Assembly (NCBI RefSeq): GCF_964204645.1
Contig: NC_134027.1
Location: 17,446,560-17,510,559 of the forward strand
Reading direction: 5' to 3'
Length of the DNA stretch: 64,000 nt
Source of the DNA: Tubulanus polymorphus
Lineage: Eukaryota; Animalia; Nemertea
Both the position numbers and the translations under genes were made by a program. Within the stretch, counting starts at the first letter, position 1; every line of letters starts with the position of its first letter. The notes under the pieces are model-generated. The model did no database searches. It saw nothing but the letters and a program-made list of their open reading frames with translations, and was not told the DNA's origin. Below, one piece after another: positions 62,869 to 64,000 of this stretch.

Positions 62869-63521
62869 TTTAAATATTTCCCTAAATTATTAGAAAATGT
62901 TGATAGTAAGACCGTGGAAAAGTTTTTATCGTTGAATGGGCGAATCACGGCGGCAGAGTGCACCTGTGATAAGGCGGAAATAGTTCCATATGAGGGCAAA
63001 GCTTTTAAATGATTAGACAGTCAGAGGTGGTTTATCAACTTTTTTGAACAATAGTGCTGCTATTTTCCCAAGCAAATTGCTAGATTTCGATCTTTTCTCA
63101 TAAGTCAACACTTGTAATTCAAGTGTGATTTGATGTGCGTAGAGATACATTATGACCAGCGTAATGAATGACGGCGCCGTGTTTAAGCTGCGCGTCAATC
63201 GTTGAAGAGTGGAATTATAGGCTGGAATTATCTTGATTGTATCCATACGAGGTTTATTAAAGGTTAGTGTCCACAAATGGTCCATTATAGTCCCTCTAAT
63301 TTATGTGGAGAGACGCTCTTAACCAGGAAAACTGGTCTGTTTTGTGTTATCGTGGCCTATGTGACTGACCTTGCTTGAGCGTTCGTTGCCTGCGCACCGC
63401 GTCAAAGTTATGATTGTTAATGACATACAACAAGTAAACCTTTAAGGAAAGGTACCTAGTGTCTGATATTCTGCTGAAAAATTCTGGATTTATTCACCAT
63501 ATAGTTTTTTCGTTGTGAGTA

Positions 63522-64000
63522 TTTTTATGCCCCGGCTCAACTTGAGTTGAGAGGGATTGTCGGCGGATTGTTTTCAAATATGGTACACAAGTGGGGTATC
63601 ACTTGGGTCAGAACCCTATCTAGAATTGGGTTGATTCGATTCAAATTATGGCCAACAGGGGAAAAAGACTTTAACCGCCTAGAGGCCGCAATTGTTGACA
63701 TATATATTTGAAACTTGGTACACAAGTAGGACATCACTTGGGCCAGATTCCTATTTAAAATTGGGTCGATTCATTTAAATTACGGCCACCAGGGGGGCCG
63801 ACATGAAAAACGATGTTAACAGCCAAAAGGCCGCAATTTGTAACCAATTCATTTCAAAAACTTGGTACATTAGTAGGATATCACCAAACCCTATTTGAAA
63901 TTGGGTTGATTCGATTCAAATTATGGCCACCAGGGGGCCGACATAAAAAACAACATTTTCACAGAGGCCACAATTGTTGACCGATTCAAATTATGGCCAT
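63522..64000 (+). repeat. HINE-like 5' end with ~137-bp tandem repeats, running off the window
   Basis: ttgggt(t/c)gattc...aaatta(t/c)ggcca...agggg at 63626, 63761 and 63901. Confidence 0.7.

Overview
AT-rich eukaryotic (most likely invertebrate animal) genomic DNA made almost entirely of nested, decayed mobile elements. It contains a Tigger/pogo transposase, three CR1/L2-type LINE remnants, Gypsy and BEL/Pao LTR remnants, two Academ-type (transposase + XPG + Cys8) DNA transposons, Kolobok-, Harbinger- and Tigger-type MITEs, and several Helentron-like (HINE/DINE-1) repeats. The most notable feature is a ~11.9-kb Polinton/Maverick (adintovirus-like) endogenous element at 35496-47399, inserted in BEL gag. 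It carries a pseudogenised protein-primed PolB, a penton-like gene, small membrane-protein genes and an HNH-like ORF. Its long TIRs end in a 72-bp-stem terminal hairpin. No TSD, integrase, major capsid, ATPase or protease is recognisable. Two probable host exons (signal peptide at 15927-16010, CUB domain at 54004-54253) suggest that much of the window is one ~38-kb intron. All calls come from reading motifs by eye; no searches were run.
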